A stretch of 63,477 bases of DNA, filler included, from Octopus bimaculoides (taxonomy: Eukaryota), in NCBI RefSeq assembly GCF_001194135.2. It is 4 parts of 4 records of this genome, joined end to end, with 100 filler letters (N's around TTAATTAATTAA, not from the genome) between each part and the next. Parts side by side here need not be neighbours in the genome. Positions count along the whole stretch, not along the records: positions 60,477 to 63,477 come from NW_026413680.1; 3 more parts are not named here. One strand, 5' to 3'. The notes beneath the pieces were generated by a model. That model was not told where the DNA came from and did no database searches. It saw only the letters and a list, made by a program, of their open reading frames with translations. Shown here one piece after another: positions 60,517 to 63,477 of the stretch. A program made the translations under genes and the position numbers. Numbering within the stretch: the stretch's first letter is position 1; each line of letters opens with the position of its first letter.

Positions 60517-62139
60517 TTCTGTGTGTCTGTGTTATTCCTAAAGAAGAATGTTGTTGATAGTAACTTCGAAATTTCGGCGAGTTAATGAATCGTTGAACTC
60601 TTAGAGTAACCCATCAGATCATTGTAAATTTGTTTTTACTATAACTCGACATTAAAACAAACATTAATACGTGTGTGTCTGTGTGTGCGCGCGCGCGTGT
60701 GTGTTTGTGTTTGTTTGAGAGAGACAGAGAGAGTGTGAGAGAGAGGGAGAGTGTGTGTGTAAGTGTGTTGAACTATATATATGAATGATAGGAGAGAATT
60801 AAGTTAAGTATGAATTTGAATAACAATAACGAAGAATGTTATATTAAATACCGTACAAGGACATTTCTTAATTTATTGAATTAACCTTCACTTCAATAGA
60901 ATATAGGCAAACACTTATTGGGCAATACAATCGACTCCTAAAATGGAAGGGAGATAATTCCAAGTAATCATCGCTTCTGTGGAGTTAATATGCCATTATA
61001 GAAGAACACTCCTCCTTCCTTTCTTTCTCTGTATGGGTGTGTATGTGTGTGGGGGGATGGGGTTAAATTCATATACATGCACAAACATGCACGCACCTAC
61101 ACACGCGCGCGCACACACACACACATGCACATAAGTATATATATATATATATGCGAGTAAAAATAAATACAAAAAAAGGGGGGGTTGTATGATTGTGTAT
61201 AGAGGAATATATTATTTTGTTTAAAAGAGTTCCAACACTGTCTTTTTTTTATGTTTTATTTATTTTCCTTGTGGTATTTCATATTTTCTATACTTTGTAG
61301 TATTTCATCATGGCCGGTATGACAGACTTTAACAGACTGTCTGTTAAAGTCTGTCATACCNNNNNNNNNNNNNNNNNNNNNNNNNNNNNNNNNNNNNNNN
61401 NNNNNNNNNNNNNNNNNNNNNNNNNNNNNNNNNNNNNNNNNNNNNNNNNNNNNNNNNNNNNNNNNNNNNNNNNNNNNNNNNNNNNNNNNNNNNNNNNNNN
61501 NNNNNNNNNNNNNNNNNNNNNNNNNNNNNNNNNNAAGAATATACCATAAACAAGTTTTAAAAAATGGAGAGATGTTGAAACAGAAATAGATTTATTATAA
61601 AACTGGATTCAATGCATACGTACGTTTCGAAAAACAATGCAAAAAATTTAAGAAAAAGTTTTAATCATAGTGATTAAAATTATAATTGAAAATAAACAAT
61701 TAAAAAATTAAAATTAAGAATAAAAATAAAAATTAAATTTGAAATTTAATTTATGCATTGTCATTCTTATCAGTGAAGAATTTTTTGAAGGACATCAAAA
61801 AAAAAAAGTATAATAAGATGAAGTAAAATTAGATAAAAAAAAAAAAAAATAAAAATAAGATACAATAAGAGAACACAGATGGGGCAATAAGGGAAATTGG
61901 TAATTTACAAACCAAGTTGTGAATGGGAAAAAATAATAATATCAACAATACTAATTGTGACAGAGATGAAAAATAAAAATAAAAATATAGATCAGTGTAT
62001 ATGCATGTATGCAAGTGTATATGTGCAGTGAAACTATAACATAAGAATCCAACGGATTATGATGAATCCTTATTAGAAATCCCCTTTTCTCTCTTTTTGG
62101 ATCCCTCAAAAAGTTTGAATTGTTTTATTTGAACTTACC

Positions 62140-62197
<58 letters not shown>

Positions 62198-62241
62198 CAC
62201 ACACACATATATATATACATACATACATTTACATACATATA

Positions 62242-62765
62242 CATGGGTGGGACAAAATAATGGAAACACCTTAAAATTTCAAACAAATGTATCTTAATAT
62301 GGGGTAGGACCGCCTTTGGCAGTAATTACAGTTTGAATTCTACGAGGTATGCACTTGTACAAAGTTTGAATTGTTTCCAAAGAAGTTTTTGTCCATTCTT
62401 CAGCTAAAGCAGTTTCCAGTTCTTGTAGTGATGATGCTGGAGGATATCGACTCCTTGTTTTTTTTAAATGCACCATAAATGTTCAATAATATTGAGATCT
62501 GGGGACTGTGGTGGCCAGATAAGATGTTCAACTTCACTAGAATGTTCCACGCACCATTCAGTAACAACTTTAGTTGTGTGAATTGGTGCATTATCATCCT
62601 GAAAGATTGCGTCTCCCTCCGGAAACAGTCCCACAACCATAGAATGAATTTGCTTAGATAAATTGCTTAAATAGTCTTGACTATTAATTCTCCCATGAAG
62701 GAAAACCATTGGACCGGCGGATTTCGAAGATACAGTCCCTCGCCCCAGATCATCACAGATCCAGC
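62242..62765 (-). mobile_element. Tc1-like transposon 3' half with DD36E spacing
   Basis: FQDDNAPIH...WPPQSPDLNIIEHLW, then after a frameshift ...IPRRIQTVITAKGGPTPY*. TIR CATGGGTGGGACAAAATAATGGAAACACC next to TA. Confidence 0.9.
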
Positions 62766-63195
62766 TGAGGTTACTATAAACTGTTAGTCCTAAGTTTCTG
62801 TTACATACGCACACACAAACACACGCACACAGATACACGCATACACGTATGTATATATATGCATGTGTATGTATGTATGTATGTATGTATATATATATAT
62901 ATACACACACATACATATAAATTTATGTATGTATGTAGTATAAATTTATGAATATATGTTAATATACGTGAACCAGGATAAGAACTACTGATTAATTAAG
63001 CCTAAAAATCTGGTTACAACACTAACACCTACCCCTCTCCCACACACATGCACAGACACAAACAAGCACACATACACAAATACTTATATTGGATACTTGC
63101 TACCAATGATACGCAAATATACATAAATCCCGGGAACTAGCATTTCCACCACATAAGTATGCATGTATGTATGTATGTATGTATGTATGTATGTA

Positions 63196-63247
<52 letters not shown>

Positions 63248-63477
63248 CGCATGCATGTACGAATGTTTGCAGGTATACATACGTTCTTACCATTCGGCTA
63301 TATTAGATATATTACTTAGATAAAAGTAGATACATGTATGCATGCAAATATCTTTTATCGCTAGTCTTTCTGTTGCTTATATCCATTGTCTGCGGCCATG
63401 ACGGGGCTCCGTCCATGATAGATTTAGTCAAGCAAATCGATAACAGTACTTATTTTATATATATATATATATATATA

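Overview
AT-rich animal genomic DNA from a gapped draft assembly, rich in microsatellites, SINEs and retroelements. The repeat families suggest an octopod cephalopod; this is inference and the species cannot be read from the sequence. Two host genes are supported. (1) POGLUT1/Rumi (protein O-glucosyltransferase 1) lies on the minus strand with 7 coding exons between 30895 and 758, and its C-terminal exons fall off the left edge. (2) A plus-strand gene contributes four 3'-terminal exons at 55466-58026, with a tail resembling kinesin-6 KIF20A/B (tentative). Two orphan plus-strand exon candidates sit at 38.1 and 38.7 kb. Mobile DNA includes tRNA-derived SINEs, many 5'-truncated RTE LINEs with (GAT)n tails, a Hero-like RLE LINE remnant, a CsRn1-like Gypsy LTR/PBS/gag, three Penelope-like (PLE) remnants, several Tc1/mariner derivatives (one with DD36E spacing), piggyBac-like MITEs and foldback hairpins. 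The best candidate for something new is a unit in the PLE terminal repeat at 49.8-51.6 kb: a tRNA-like Pol III head followed, with no terminator, by a minimal hammerhead ribozyme. Two further hammerhead-bearing repeats share the same extra-A core variant. Three 44N-TTAATTAATTAA-44N spacers are artificial joins, so adjacency across them is unproven. Repeat boundaries are approximate; all comparisons were made by eye, with no database searches.
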